Of a stretch of DNA of 64,000 nt, positions 10,037 through 22,278 are shown one piece after another. Each line of letters begins with the position of its first letter. Positions within the stretch are counted from its first letter, which is position 1. Source of the DNA: an uncultured delta proteobacterium (GTDB lineage Bacteria > Myxococcota > Myxococcia > SLRQ01); the NCBI GenBank assembly GCA_963727485.1, contig CAVSGM010000002.1, forward strand, positions 416,001 to 480,000. Reading direction: 5' to 3'. The notes below the pieces were generated by a model that ran no database searches, was not told the DNA's origin, and worked only from the letters and a program-made list of their open reading frames with translations. Both the position numbers and the translations under genes were made by a program.

Positions 10037-10534
10037 ATGCGCGCCCTACTCCGACTGGTCCTCCTCCTCGGGGTCCTCGTCGTCTCCGCGCCCGCCCTGG
10101 CGAGCCCGGCCGCCGCGGGTCACCGCCCCCCCCCGACCCACTCCGGCCTCCGCAACTTCGGGGGATCGGCCCAGCCCCTCGGCTCCGATGACACGGGCTA
10201 CTCGCCCATGGCGATCGTCTTCCTCGGGGTCCTCGCGGTGGTGGCCTTCGGGATCTGCGCGCTCATCTTCAAGCGGATCGCCCAGGACATGGGGCTGCCC
10301 GCGGACGAGGAGGAGCTGGCGACGGTCTCGGGCGCGGTGGGGGTGAGCCCCCGGGAGACCGTGTTCAACGCCGTGTCCCGGGCCGGCTCGTGGGTCACCC
10401 CCGGACGGGTGGCCATGGGCGCCGGCATCAGCACCCAGGAGGCCGAGGGCTTCCTCGAGGAGCTCGCCCGCGACGGCCGGGTCAAGGCCGGGCGCGACAA
10501 GCAGGGCCGCATCCTCTACCGGCTGCCGACATGA
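10037..10534 (+). CDS. hypothetical protein with signal peptide, TM helix and C-terminal winged-helix-like segment
   Basis: MRALLRLVLLLGVLVVSAPALA; TM AIVFLGVLAVVAFGICALIF; VTPGRVAMGAGISTQEAEGFLEELARDG. Confidence 0.6.
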   Translation: MRALLRLVLLLGVLVVSAPALASPAAAGHRPPPTHSGLRNFGGSAQPLGSDDTGYSPMAIVFLGVLAVVAFGICALIFKRIAQDMGLPADEEELATVSGAVGVSPRETVFNAVSRAGSWVTPGRVAMGAGISTQEAEGFLEELARDGRVKAGRDKQGRILYRLPT

Positions 10535-11202
10535 GCGACGTGGCCACCTCCGGACCCAGCTGCCCCGACTGCGGCGGCGCCTTCACCGAGGGCCCGCTGT
10601 GCAGCTACTGCGGCAAGGGGCTGCGCTTCGCCGGCGAGGGCTTCGTGTTCCAGGAGAGCCGGGTCACCTGCCCCCTGTGCCGGGTGGCGCTCCACCAGAT
10701 CGACTTCCACGGGGTCGCCATCGACACCTGCAGCACCTGCGAGGGCGCCTGGTTCGACCTCGGCGAGATCGAGCAGATCCTCCAGGCGGCACGTCAGGCC
10801 GTCAAGGAGGACCGCTTCGTCCCCACCCCCATCGAGGCCGCCCCCGGGGTCGAGCCCCCGCCCCGGGACCGGGCCTACCTCCCCTGCCCCCGGTGCGGCA
10901 CCCTGATGAACCGCCAGAACTGGGATCGCCGCTCGGGGATCCTCGTCGACTCCTGCCACTCGTGCGGCGTCTGGCTCGACGGCGGGGAGCTGGCCCAGAT
11001 GCGCTCCTGGGGGGCCCGCACCCCCGAGGGCGCCCCGCCGCCCCCCGAGGAGCCGAAGCCCCGCGCCGATCCCCTGGCGCGCACCTCGGTGTGGACCCAG
11101 GACGTCAGCGGCTACGGGAGCCTCGGCGGCCACGGCTGGGCCAACCACTCGGCCTTCGGGGGCCTGCTCACCTCGCTCCTCGAGTCGCTCTTCCGCTTCT
11201 AG
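10531..11202 (+). CDS. zf-TFIIB-like multi zinc-ribbon protein
   Basis: Six CxxC pairs; two copies of the IDxCxxC.G.W(F/L)D.GE motif; ATGA overlap with the upstream gene. Confidence 0.8.
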   Translation: MSDVATSGPSCPDCGGAFTEGPLCSYCGKGLRFAGEGFVFQESRVTCPLCRVALHQIDFHGVAIDTCSTCEGAWFDLGEIEQILQAARQAVKEDRFVPTPIEAAPGVEPPPRDRAYLPCPRCGTLMNRQNWDRRSGILVDSCHSCGVWLDGGELAQMRSWGARTPEGAPPPPEEPKPRADPLARTSVWTQDVSGYGSLGGHGWANHSAFGGLLTSLLESLFRF

Positions 11203-11221
11203 CGCGGTCAGCCGCGCGCGG

Positions 11222-12604
<1,383 letters not shown>

Positions 12605-12681
12605 GTGGGTCCTCTCGTCCGGCGGGCGAGCCTACGGCGAAGGCCACGGCGGGTAAAGCGACCGGCCGGGATCCGGGCGGG

Positions 12682-13707
12682 TCAGCGCTTCGGGGCCCGG
12701 GTGCCGCCGTCGGCCGGGGCGCCGGTGCCGCCGTCGGCCGGGGCGTTGGCCCCCGGGGCGCCCTGGCCCCCGGGGGCGCCCGGCCCCCCCGCAGGCGCCT
12801 TCGCCGCCGGCGCCCGCACCTCCACCTGGGGGACCTTCCCGGTGATCCGGACCCCCTTGGGGAGGGTCAGCTCCACCTCGACCCGGGCCTTCCCCCCCGG
12901 GCCCGGGAGGGCGTCGGCGGGGACCCGGGCGGTGAGCCCCCGGGCCTCGAGGCGCTCCACCGCCGTGTGGGGGCCGCGGACGGTCACCGAGACGTGATCC
13001 GGGTGGACGGTGGCGCCGCCGGGGGCCTCTACCGCCACCCCGTCGATGCGCCGCTCGAGGCCCTCCTCGATGACCGGCACCGTCACCGTCACCGGCTCGC
13101 GCTTCTCCCGGCTCACGTGGGGCCGCTGCACCAGGACCCGCACCTGGGCGGTGACGTCGGCGGTGGCCCCCTCGATGTCCACCGGCTCGGTGGTCACCTC
13201 GGTCAGGGTCGAGAGGTCGCTCTCGGCGCCCTTGAGGGCCACGGTGGACGGAATCACCTTCGGCGCCCCGGCGTGGAAGCCCGCCGCCGGCTCCCCGCGG
13301 ACGGTGGCCACCACGTGGACCTTCCGGGTGATGGTGGCCTCGAGATCGAGGCTCAGGGCGGCGGGGATGATCGAGGTGATGCGCAGGCCCGGCGGGAGGC
13401 GGATGGCCTCCTCGTCGAGGTAGTAGGTGAGCGGCCCGGCGCCGTAGCCGGTGAGGTCGACCTCCACCGGGGGCACGTCCCGGCGGGTGACGCCGCTGAC
13501 CGCCGACCAGGGGCCGGTGACCACCACCTTGAGGCGGTCGGGGACGGTGGTGACGTTCATCATGTCCGCCGGGAGCTCGAGGACCAGGCGCGGGGTGACG
13601 GTGGTGGTCACCTGCCGCTCGCCCTGGACGTAGACGTAGAGGATCACCGCCAGGGCGGCGGCGATGACCTTGAGGGTCCAGTTCTCGAGGAAGATCCGGC
13701 GGAGCAT
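12682..13707 (-). CDS. cdaR: CdaR / YbbR-domain regulator of diadenylate cyclase
   Basis: N-terminal ENWTLKVIAAALAVILY TM segment, YbbR-like beta repeats, and position between cdaA and glmM. Confidence 0.85.
   Translation of the reverse strand: MLRRIFLENWTLKVIAAALAVILYVYVQGERQVTTTVTPRLVLELPADMMNVTTVPDRLKVVVTGPWSAVSGVTRRDVPPVEVDLTGYGAGPLTYYLDEEAIRLPPGLRITSIIPAALSLDLEATITRKVHVVATVRGEPAAGFHAGAPKVIPSTVALKGAESDLSTLTEVTTEPVDIEGATADVTAQVRVLVQRPHVSREKREPVTVTVPVIEEGLERRIDGVAVEAPGGATVHPDHVSVTVRGPHTAVERLEARGLTARVPADALPGPGGKARVEVELTLPKGVRITGKVPQVEVRAPAAKAPAGGPGAPGGQGAPGANAPADGGTGAPADGGTRAPKR
12698..12745. repeat. 24-bp tandem duplication encoding an APADGGT linker in the CdaR C-terminus
   Basis: CCGGTGCCGCCGTCGGCCGGGGCG occurs twice. 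Confidence 0.7.
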
Positions 13708-13711
13708 GGCG

Positions 13712-14533
13712 TCAGGTGGGGCCGGTGAGGCTCCGGCGCAGGCGGCCGAAGAGGCCCGGGTTCTCGGGGGCGACGAGGGCCAGGAGGACCTTGCGCAGGG
13801 TCGCCTGATCCATGTCCCGGGTGAGCTGTCCCTCGAGGGCGAGCGAGATCTGGCCCCGCTCCTCGCTGACCACCACCACCGCCGCGTCCACCTCCTCGGA
13901 GAGGCCGAGGGCGGCGCGGTGCCGGGTCCCGAGGTCCCGGGCCACGGTGGGGCTGGAGGTGAGCGGGAGGAAGACGGCGGCGGCGGCCAGCCGCCCCTTC
14001 TGGATCACCGCGGCCCCGTCGTGGAGCGGCGAGGCCGGGTGGAAGATGGAGAGGAGCAGCTCCCGGCTCACCTCGGCGTCGAGGCGGACCCCCTGCCCCA
14101 CGTAGTCGTCGAGGTCGGCGGTGCGCTCGACGACGATGAGGGCCCCGAGGCGCCGGCTGGCCAGCGCCGCGGCGCCCTTGACCATCTCCTCGACCCGGGC
14201 GGTCTCGGCGCCGGGGTCCTGGGCCCCGAGGAAGCTGGTGCCCCCGAGGCGCTGGAGCCCCCGACGGATGTCGTGCTGGAAGAGGACGATGACCGCGAAG
14301 ATGAACGAGTAGGACAGGAAGTTGCCGATGAGCCAGTGGAGGGTGGTCAGGCCCAGGAGCCGGCTGGCGAAGAAGGCCCCGATGATGAGGAAGAGGCCCA
14401 TGAGCATCTGGATCGCCCGGGTGCCCTTGATGAGCAGGAGGATCCGGTAGATGACGTAGTAGACCAGCAGGAGGTCCACGGCGCGCAGCGCCCACTGGAC
14501 CCAGCCGGTGGCGTCGCCGAGACGGGCGAGCAT
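13712..14533 (-). CDS. cdaA: diadenylate cyclase CdaA (DacA)
   Basis: Three N-terminal TM helices; LHDGA and LGTRHRAA catalytic motifs; VSEERG. Confidence 0.93.
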   Translation of the reverse strand: MLARLGDATGWVQWALRAVDLLLVYYVIYRILLLIKGTRAIQMLMGLFLIIGAFFASRLLGLTTLHWLIGNFLSYSFIFAVIVLFQHDIRRGLQRLGGTSFLGAQDPGAETARVEEMVKGAAALASRRLGALIVVERTADLDDYVGQGVRLDAEVSRELLLSIFHPASPLHDGAAVIQKGRLAAAAVFLPLTSSPTVARDLGTRHRAALGLSEEVDAAVVVVSEERGQISLALEGQLTRDMDQATLRKVLLALVAPENPGLFGRLRRSLTGPT

Positions 14534-15750
14534 CAGAAGGCCTCGCCTTCGGCGTCGGCGGCGCGGATGGCGTCGGCCACGGTGAGGGCCTGGACCGCCT
14601 CGGCGACGTCGTGCACCCGGAGGAGGTGGGCGCCGCCGAGGGCCGCGGCGGTGACGGCGGCGAGGGTCCCGGGGAGCCGGTCGGCGGCCGGGGCGCCGGT
14701 GAGCTTGCCGATGAACGACTTGCGCGAGGGGCCCACCAGCACCGCCCGGCCGAGGCTGGCGAAGGCCGGGAGGCGCCGGAGGAGGACCAGGTTCTGCTCG
14801 GCGGTCTTGGCGAAGCCGATGCCCGGGTCGACGACGATGCGCGCCGGGTCGACGCCGGCGGCCTCGGCCCGGGCGACGGCGGCGGCGAGCCCCTCGAGGA
14901 CCTCGCCCACCAGGTCCCGGTAGCCGGTGCGCGCCTGCATGGTCCGCGGATCGCCGCGCAGGTGCATCACCACCACCGGGACCCGGGCCTCGGCGACCAC
15001 CGCCGCCAGCTCGGCGTCGGCCTCGAGGCCGGAGACGTCGTTGACCAGGGCGGCGCCGGCGTCGAGGGCGGCCCGGGCCACCGCGGCCTTGGTGGTGTCC
15101 ACGGACACGGGCACCTTGCCCTGCGCCAGCCGGCGGATCACCGGCACCACGCGCTCGATCTCCTCGGCGGCGGAGACGGCGGCGGCGCCCGGGCGGGTGG
15201 ACTCGCCACCCACGTCGAGGATCGCGGCGCCGGCCGCGGCGAGGGCCTCGCCCCGGGCCACGGCGGCGCCGGGGTCGAGGTAGCGGCCCCCGTCGGAGAA
15301 GCTGTCGGGGGTGACGTTGACGATGCCCATGACGTGGGCCTTGCGGCCGAAGCCCAGGCGGGTGGCGCCCAGCTCCAGGGGCGGCGGCGGCGCGGCGCCC
15401 CGGGAGAGGCAGCGGGTGAGCGCGGCCACGGCGTCGGCGACGCCCGGGTCGTCGGTGGTGGCGGCCAGCCGGCTCGCCAGGGCGAAGACCGACCACTGGC
15501 TCCCGGCCACCAGCGCCGCGTCGCCCCCGGCGGCGAGGACCACCGGATCCGCGGCCTCGTCCTCCGGCGCCCGCCCCGCCTGGCGCAGGGACTCGGCGAC
15601 CCCGGGCGGGAGCCCCGTGAGCAGCACCTGCGCCGGCCGGGCCACCGCCTTGGCGACCTGCTTGGCGGTGCCGTCGGGCAGCCCCACGCGGCGCAGGTGG
15701 GCGCGGGCCTCATCCAGGCCCTCGAGGATCACCCGGCGGGCGAGCAACAT
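14533..15750 (-). CDS. folP: dihydropteroate synthase with ~130-aa N-terminal extension
   Basis: [46 protein letters not shown]. Confidence 0.95.
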   Translation of the reverse strand: MLLARRVILEGLDEARAHLRRVGLPDGTAKQVAKAVARPAQVLLTGLPPGVAESLRQAGRAPEDEAADPVVLAAGGDAALVAGSQWSVFALASRLAATTDDPGVADAVAALTRCLSRGAAPPPPLELGATRLGFGRKAHVMGIVNVTPDSFSDGGRYLDPGAAVARGEALAAAGAAILDVGGESTRPGAAAVSAAEEIERVVPVIRRLAQGKVPVSVDTTKAAVARAALDAGAALVNDVSGLEADAELAAVVAEARVPVVVMHLRGDPRTMQARTGYRDLVGEVLEGLAAAVARAEAAGVDPARIVVDPGIGFAKTAEQNLVLLRRLPAFASLGRAVLVGPSRKSFIGKLTGAPAADRLPGTLAAVTAAALGGAHLLRVHDVAEAVQALTVADAIRAADAEGEAF

Positions 15751-15845
15751 GGCGCCTCTATAGCACGGGCCCGGCTGGAGGCCAGCGGGGCCCGGGCGTC
15801 ACGGGGCGCCCCGTCCGGGGCGCGACGGCTCGAGCCCGCGGCCGG

Positions 15846-17773
<1,928 letters not shown>

Positions 17774-17900
17774 GGGACTCCCTCGACGGCTGTAGCCTCG
17801 GAATTCTGCGCGGTTCTAGCACACGGGATCGAAGCGCGACAACACGGGGGGGCTAGGAGCCCCAGGCGCGAACGGCGTGGCTTCATAGTTGTCTAAACCC

Positions 17901-19298
17901 CTAACCGCCGTTGTCCCGTCGGGCTTCCGCGGGGGCCACCGGGGCGTCCTCGAGGTAGCGGAGGGTCCAGGACGGGGCGGTGACCGGGGGGGGCACGGCG
18001 ATCCGGACGCCCAGGATCCAGAGGACCGAGTCGCCCTCGGGGCCCCGGGCCACCAGCAGCGGCACGGCGCCCCGCGACGGCCTCGGCACCCGCGCCGCCT
18101 GCAGGAGCCGGGCGACCTTGGGGCCCCCGGCGAGGCGATCGCCGGGCGCGGGCCCCCGGAGCAGGAGGCGGTACGGCGCCGCGGGCACCGGGAGCACCAG
18201 GTGGCCAGCGCCGCCGGGGGTCACCTCGAGGACGCCTCGGCCCGGCAGGGGGTAGCGCCCCGGTCCAGGGACCTCGCGCTCGGCGAGGACGGGCCAGGGG
18301 CCCCGGCCGAAGAAGAGCCACCCCAGGGACCGCTCGGCGACCACGCCCCCGGGGAGGGTCGCCTGGGCCCCCTCGCCGGCGCCCCGGGCCAGCTCGAGGA
18401 GGGCGTCGAGGTGGGCGCCCTCCACGGGATCCACCGGGCCCGCCGCCGCCTCGCGCCAGGCCCGGGCCAGGATCCGCCGGGCCAGCGGCGCCGGGGCCGC
18501 GGCGAGGACCGCCGCCGAGAGGCCCCCCTCGAGGCCCGGGCCCCGGCCGGTGGCCCGGCGCCGCACCTCCGCCGCCAGGTCGTCGAGGAGGGCCGCCTCC
18601 TCGGCGGCGAGGGACGCAAGGCGCCCCAGGGCCTCCACCGCCGAAGGGTTCAGCTCACCGGCCAGGGCCGGGAGGAGACGCTGGCGCACCCGGACCCGGC
18701 GGAAGGCGTCCCGGTCGTTTGAGGGATCGTGGCGGACCGGGAGGTCGTGGGCCGCGCACCAGGCGGCGAGGACCTCCCGGCGGCAGGCCAGCAGCGGCCG
18801 GATCACCTGCCCGTGGCGCCGGCGGATGCCCGCGAGCCCCGCCGGCGTGGTGCCCCGGCCCAGGCGGAGGAGCACGGTCTCGGCCTGGTCGGTGGCGGTG
18901 TGGCCGGTGGCGACCCGGTCGGCGCCGACCTCCTGCCGGAGCCGCTCCAGGGCCCGGTACCGGGCGCGCCGGGCGGCGGCCTGGACGCCCCCCGGTCCCT
19001 CGACCTCGACCCGGGCGAGGCGGAAGCCCACCCCGAGCCGATCGGCGAGGGCGGCGACCGCGTCGGCGTCGGCGGCGCTGTCCGGTCGCAGGCCGTGGTC
19101 CACGTGGGCCGCCACCACCGAGGCCACCCCCAGGCCGGGGCCGAGGGTCGCCAGGGCGTGGAGCAGGGCGGTGGAGTCGGGCCCGCCGCTGGCGGCGACG
19201 AGGATCCGGGCGCCGCCGGGCCACAGCCCGTCGGCAGCGGCCGCCCGGAGCGCCGCCTCCACGGCCGCGAGGGCCTCGGGGCTGGCAATGGGGTGCAT
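17901..19298 (-). CDS. tilS: tRNA(Ile)-lysidine synthetase
   Basis: SGGPDS PP-loop, HVDHGLR, ATGHTATDQAET, RPLL, DPSN; lies upstream of ftsH. Confidence 0.92.
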   Translation of the reverse strand: MHPIASPEALAAVEAALRAAAADGLWPGGARILVAASGGPDSTALLHALATLGPGLGVASVVAAHVDHGLRPDSAADADAVAALADRLGVGFRLARVEVEGPGGVQAAARRARYRALERLRQEVGADRVATGHTATDQAETVLLRLGRGTTPAGLAGIRRRHGQVIRPLLACRREVLAAWCAAHDLPVRHDPSNDRDAFRRVRVRQRLLPALAGELNPSAVEALGRLASLAAEEAALLDDLAAEVRRRATGRGPGLEGGLSAAVLAAAPAPLARRILARAWREAAAGPVDPVEGAHLDALLELARGAGEGAQATLPGGVVAERSLGWLFFGRGPWPVLAEREVPGPGRYPLPGRGVLEVTPGGAGHLVLPVPAAPYRLLLRGPAPGDRLAGGPKVARLLQAARVPRPSRGAVPLLVARGPEGDSVLWILGVRIAVPPPVTAPSWTLRYLEDAPVAPAEARRDNGG

Positions 19299-19305
19299 GG
19301 GGGGT

Positions 19306-19334
19306 TTGTGGGATTTGGGCGTTCGGCCTATTGT
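19306..19334 (+). promoter_or_regulatory. sigma70-type promoter, TTGTGG-N17-TATTGT
   Basis: -35 at 19306-19311, exact 17-nt spacer, -10 at 19329-19334; points away from tilS. Confidence 0.6.
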
Positions 19335-19339
19335 AGGAG

Positions 19340-19577
19340 ATGCGGCAGGAAAGGGCCCTAAGGTCGGAGTTCCGACCTGGAATGCGGGTCTCAGTGGCCC
19401 TGTTCAGGACGAAGCGAGCAGCAGAATGGGATCCGGGGAACCCCCTCCCCCCCGGGTTCCGGGGGCGGCCGGTCCGAGCGGGCCGGCGCCCCAAACCTCT
19501 TCGATGGGATGGACTCTGGGGATCCCCCTCCCCCTAGGGTCCCCGGCCTCCGCGCCCCGCGCGGGGGCCGGTTTTTT
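19340..19577 (+). ncRNA. putative structured small RNA with two tandem C-rich-loop hairpin modules
   Basis: Bounded by a promoter and an intrinsic terminator. Hairpins at 19361-19378, 19437-19460 (loop CCUCCCCCCC), 19462-19492, 19518-19544 (loop CCCUCCCCCUA) and 19543-19571. Confidence 0.6.
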
Positions 19578-20526
19578 CCGTCGTCGGGACCCGGGCGCCG
19601 CCGTCCGGGTCCCCCGCGCCGCCGTCCACCACGGCGCGACCGCCGTCGGGGGCCGCCGCGCCGCCGGCCCCGCCGCTCCGCCCGCCGCCCCGCCGTCCGC
19701 CCCGCCGTCCGCCCCGCCGTCCGCCCCGCCGTCCGCCCGCCCCACCCTGCGCGCCGCCCCCGAGGTTCGCCGCGAGCCACGCCGAGATGACGGCCCCGCC
19801 CACGCCGAGGGACCGGCTCCGGTCCGGGGTCATGCGCAGGGCCACGGCCACCAGGCGCCCCCGGGTGTCGAAGGCGGGGATGCCGTTGAGGGCCTGCCCC
19901 GAGAGGTAGAGGGTGGGCCCGTCGACGAGGGCCGCGGCGAGGCGGACCGACGCGGCGTCCCCCTCGAGGGTGGCGGGCATGACCACCTCCGAGGCGTTGG
20001 CCTCCCCCGCAGGCGGCGGCACCGGGCCCACCCCGACGACGGCCTGGAGCTTGGGCGCCTTCGCCGGCTCGAAGGTGAGGAGCGCCAGGCCCACCCGGGC
20101 ATCGACCTTCCGGACGCGCAGCGGCAGGTGCCGGCCGCTCCGGAGGACCGCGTAGACGCGGGTGGCCCCGGTGAGGTACCGGGCGGTGGTGAGCAGCACC
20201 CCTGGGGCGACCACCGTCCCCCCGCCGTCCTCGACGCGCAGGTTGTCGGGGTCGTAGGGGGGCGGGGGCACGTGGACCGTGTCCACCCGGACCACCCGGC
20301 GGGCCAGGTAGTACGCCAGGTCGATCTGCTGCTGGGTGTAGCGCAGGTCGAAGCCGCCGTCGGGGACCTCGAGGTCCTGCGAGGGCGGCGGCCAGGGGGC
20401 GTTGAAGCGGGCGCGGTGCGGCACCCACCAGCCGTGGCCCCCGCCGGCCCCGAGGAGGAGCACCGTCGCCGCGAGCCCCGCGGCCACCGCCGCCAGGGCG
20501 GCCCCGAGCCGCGCGCGGCCCCTCAC
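19534..20526 (-). CDS. exported trypsin-like (S1C) fold protein lacking the catalytic triad; low-complexity tail, 3' end uncertain
   Basis: Signal/TM segment; GTVVAPGVLLTTARYL, DARVGLALL and LNGIPAFDTRGRLVAV match the trypsin_2 pattern with H, D and S replaced; GTGA overlap with the polymerase stop. Confidence 0.6.
   Translation of the reverse strand: MRGRARLGAALAAVAAGLAATVLLLGAGGGHGWWVPHRARFNAPWPPPSQDLEVPDGGFDLRYTQQQIDLAYYLARRVVRVDTVHVPPPPYDPDNLRVEDGGGTVVAPGVLLTTARYLTGATRVYAVLRSGRHLPLRVRKVDARVGLALLTFEPAKAPKLQAVVGVGPVPPPAGEANASEVVMPATLEGDAASVRLAAALVDGPTLYLSGQALNGIPAFDTRGRLVAVALRMTPDRSRSLGVGGAVISAWLAANLGGGAQGGAGGRRGGRRGGRRGGRRGGGRSGGAGGAAAPDGGRAVVDGGAGDPDGGARVPTTEKTGPRAGRGGRGP
19543..19577 (+). 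terminator. Rho-independent terminator
   Basis: CCGGCCTCCGCGC-ccc-GCGCGGGGGCCGG stem (one G-U pair) followed by TTTTTT. Confidence 0.75.
19687..19734. repeat. 12-bp tandem repeat x4 (GCCCCGCCGTCC)
   Basis: Four perfect copies, read directly. Confidence 0.9.
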
Positions 20527-22262
20527 TCCTTGGCCCAGTGGTCGGCCACGGTGACGTCGACCACCGTGGGCACGGACGCGAGGAAGGCGTCGCCGGCGGC
20601 GACCATCTCCCGGCGCAGGACCTCGGCGGCGGCCTCGGCGTCGCCCTCGGCGGCCTCGACCACCAGCTCGTCGTGGACCGAGTTCACCAGGAAGGCGTCG
20701 AGGCCCTCGCGCCGGAAGGCCCGGGCGGCCCGGGCCATGGCGAGCTTGGTGATGTCGGCGCTGGTGCCCTGGATGGGCATGTTCCGGGCGACCCGCGAGA
20801 GGGACGACCGGCGCTCGGGATCGTCGGTGCCGTCGAGGTAGAGGCGCCGGCCGGCGAGGGTCACGGCGTAGCCCCGACCGAGCCCGGCCTCGGCGGTTTC
20901 CTCAAGGAACGCGCGGATCTTGGGGTAGGTCTTGAAGTACTGCTCGAGGAGCTTCTCCGCCTCGGGGACCGGGATCTCGAGCTGCCCGGCGAGGCCCGCG
21001 GCGCCCATGCCGTAGACCAGGCCGAAGTTGATGGCCTTGGTCCGCGCCCGGAGCTCCGGGTTCTCGGTCTTGCTCACCGGCTTGCCAAAGAGCCGGCTGG
21101 CGACGATGGCGTGGAGGTCGCCCCCGTCGGCGAAGGTCTTGACGAAGACCGGGTCGCCGCTCATCTCGGCGAGGATGCGCAGCTCGCAGGTGGCGTAGTC
21201 GGCGGTGACCATCCGCCGGCCCGCCGGCGCGGCGAAGGCGGCCCGGAAGGCGTCCCCGTGCTGGATGTTCTGGAGGTTCGGGTCCTGGCAGCTCGCCCGG
21301 CCGGTGGAGGCGCCGATCTGGCGGAACCGGGGGTGGATGCGCCCGGTGACCGGGTGGATGTGGGCCAGGAAGCCCTCGCCGTAGGCCGAGAGGATCTTCT
21401 GCTGGGCCCGCCAGGCGAGGAGCCCCCGGGCCACCGGGTGGTCGACCCGCGAGAGGGTCTTCTTGGAGAGGTCGGGCAGCTCCTCGTAGCCGAGGCGGGC
21501 GAAGACGTCCCGGAGCTCGGTCTCGGACTCGTAGTTGACCTGCACGTTGCCGAAGAGGTCGCCGCCGACCACCGGCAGCAGCGCCTTCTCCAGATCCTTG
21601 CGGGCGGCGTCCCGGGCGGCCCCGGCCCCGGCGAGGATGGCCTCCCAGGCGACGCGGTCGAGGTTGATCCCCCGCCACTCGAGCTCGGCGAAGGCGTCGA
21701 CGGCGGCGCCCTCGATCTGGGCCACCCGGGACAGGCCCGCCCGCTCGATCTCCGGGGCCTGGGCCACGAAGAGGTGCCAGGTGGCGAGCACGTCGTCGAG
21801 GGCGTACTCGATCTGGCTCTCGGTGAGGGTGCCCTCGAAGCCCACGAAGGTGGTGCGCTCGGCCTTGTCCAGGGAGATGCCCACCCGGCGCTCGGCGCTG
21901 GCCTTGAGGGTCCGGGGGCCGATCTTGCGACCGCCGGCGATGAGCATCTCCAGGAGCATGGTGTCCTGGGGACGGCTGACCTCGAGGCCCAGCTTCTTGA
22001 GGAACTTGAGGTCGAACTGGGCGTTGTGGAAGACGGTGATCCCCGGGCGCTCCAGCACGGCCTTCAGGGGCGAAAGGTCGGAGATCTGCCGGGCGTCCAC
22101 GGCGACCCGGAGCCGGTCGTCGCCGATCTGGATGAGGAGGGTCTTGTCCCGGTGGGGATCGAGGCCGGTGGTCTCGAGGTCGCAGGCGAGGACCGGGCGG
22201 CCCTCGAGGCGCCTGACCGCCTCCCGGAGGGCGGCGTCGTCCTGGATCATCCGCAGGTCCAC
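20523..22262 (-). CDS. family A DNA polymerase, Klenow-like (3'-5' exonuclease plus polymerase, no 5'-3' nuclease domain)
   Basis: ExoI DLETTGLD, ExoII HNAQFD, ExoIII YALDD; STGRASCQDPNLQNI; motif A DYATCELRILA, motif B RTKAINFGLVYG, motif C VHDELV. Start is GTG 22262 or ATG 22250. Confidence 0.9.
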   Translation of the reverse strand: MDLRMIQDDAALREAVRRLEGRPVLACDLETTGLDPHRDKTLLIQIGDDRLRVAVDARQISDLSPLKAVLERPGITVFHNAQFDLKFLKKLGLEVSRPQDTMLLEMLIAGGRKIGPRTLKASAERRVGISLDKAERTTFVGFEGTLTESQIEYALDDVLATWHLFVAQAPEIERAGLSRVAQIEGAAVDAFAELEWRGINLDRVAWEAILAGAGAARDAARKDLEKALLPVVGGDLFGNVQVNYESETELRDVFARLGYEELPDLSKKTLSRVDHPVARGLLAWRAQQKILSAYGEGFLAHIHPVTGRIHPRFRQIGASTGRASCQDPNLQNIQHGDAFRAAFAAPAGRRMVTADYATCELRILAEMSGDPVFVKTFADGGDLHAIVASRLFGKPVSKTENPELRARTKAINFGLVYGMGAAGLAGQLEIPVPEAEKLLEQYFKTYPKIRAFLEETAEAGLGRGYAVTLAGRRLYLDGTDDPERRSSLSRVARNMPIQGTSADITKLAMARAARAFRREGLDAFLVNSVHDELVVEAAEGDAEAAAEVLRREMVAAGDAFLASVPTVVDVTVADHWAKE

Positions 22263-22278
22263 GTCGGCGCCCTCTATA

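Noticed and set aside
19400..19425. CAGG...AGCAG resembling the SRP (4.5S) RNA domain IV
   Set aside because: Only 8 nt lie between CAGG and AGCA, with no 3-bp stem plus GNRA loop and no long enclosing helix.
19340..19537. 65-aa ORF over the putative sRNA
   Set aside because: AGGAG abuts the ATG with no spacer, codon usage is atypical and no motif is recognisable. A leaderless peptide cannot be fully excluded.
19687..19734. Tandem repeats here and at 12698 and 29290 as CRISPR arrays
   Set aside because: There are no spacers, the units are multiples of 3 inside coding linkers, and no cas genes are present.
20523..22262. Polymerase as evidence of a prophage
   Set aside because: No primase, helicase, structural or integrase genes are nearby, and codon usage is host-like.
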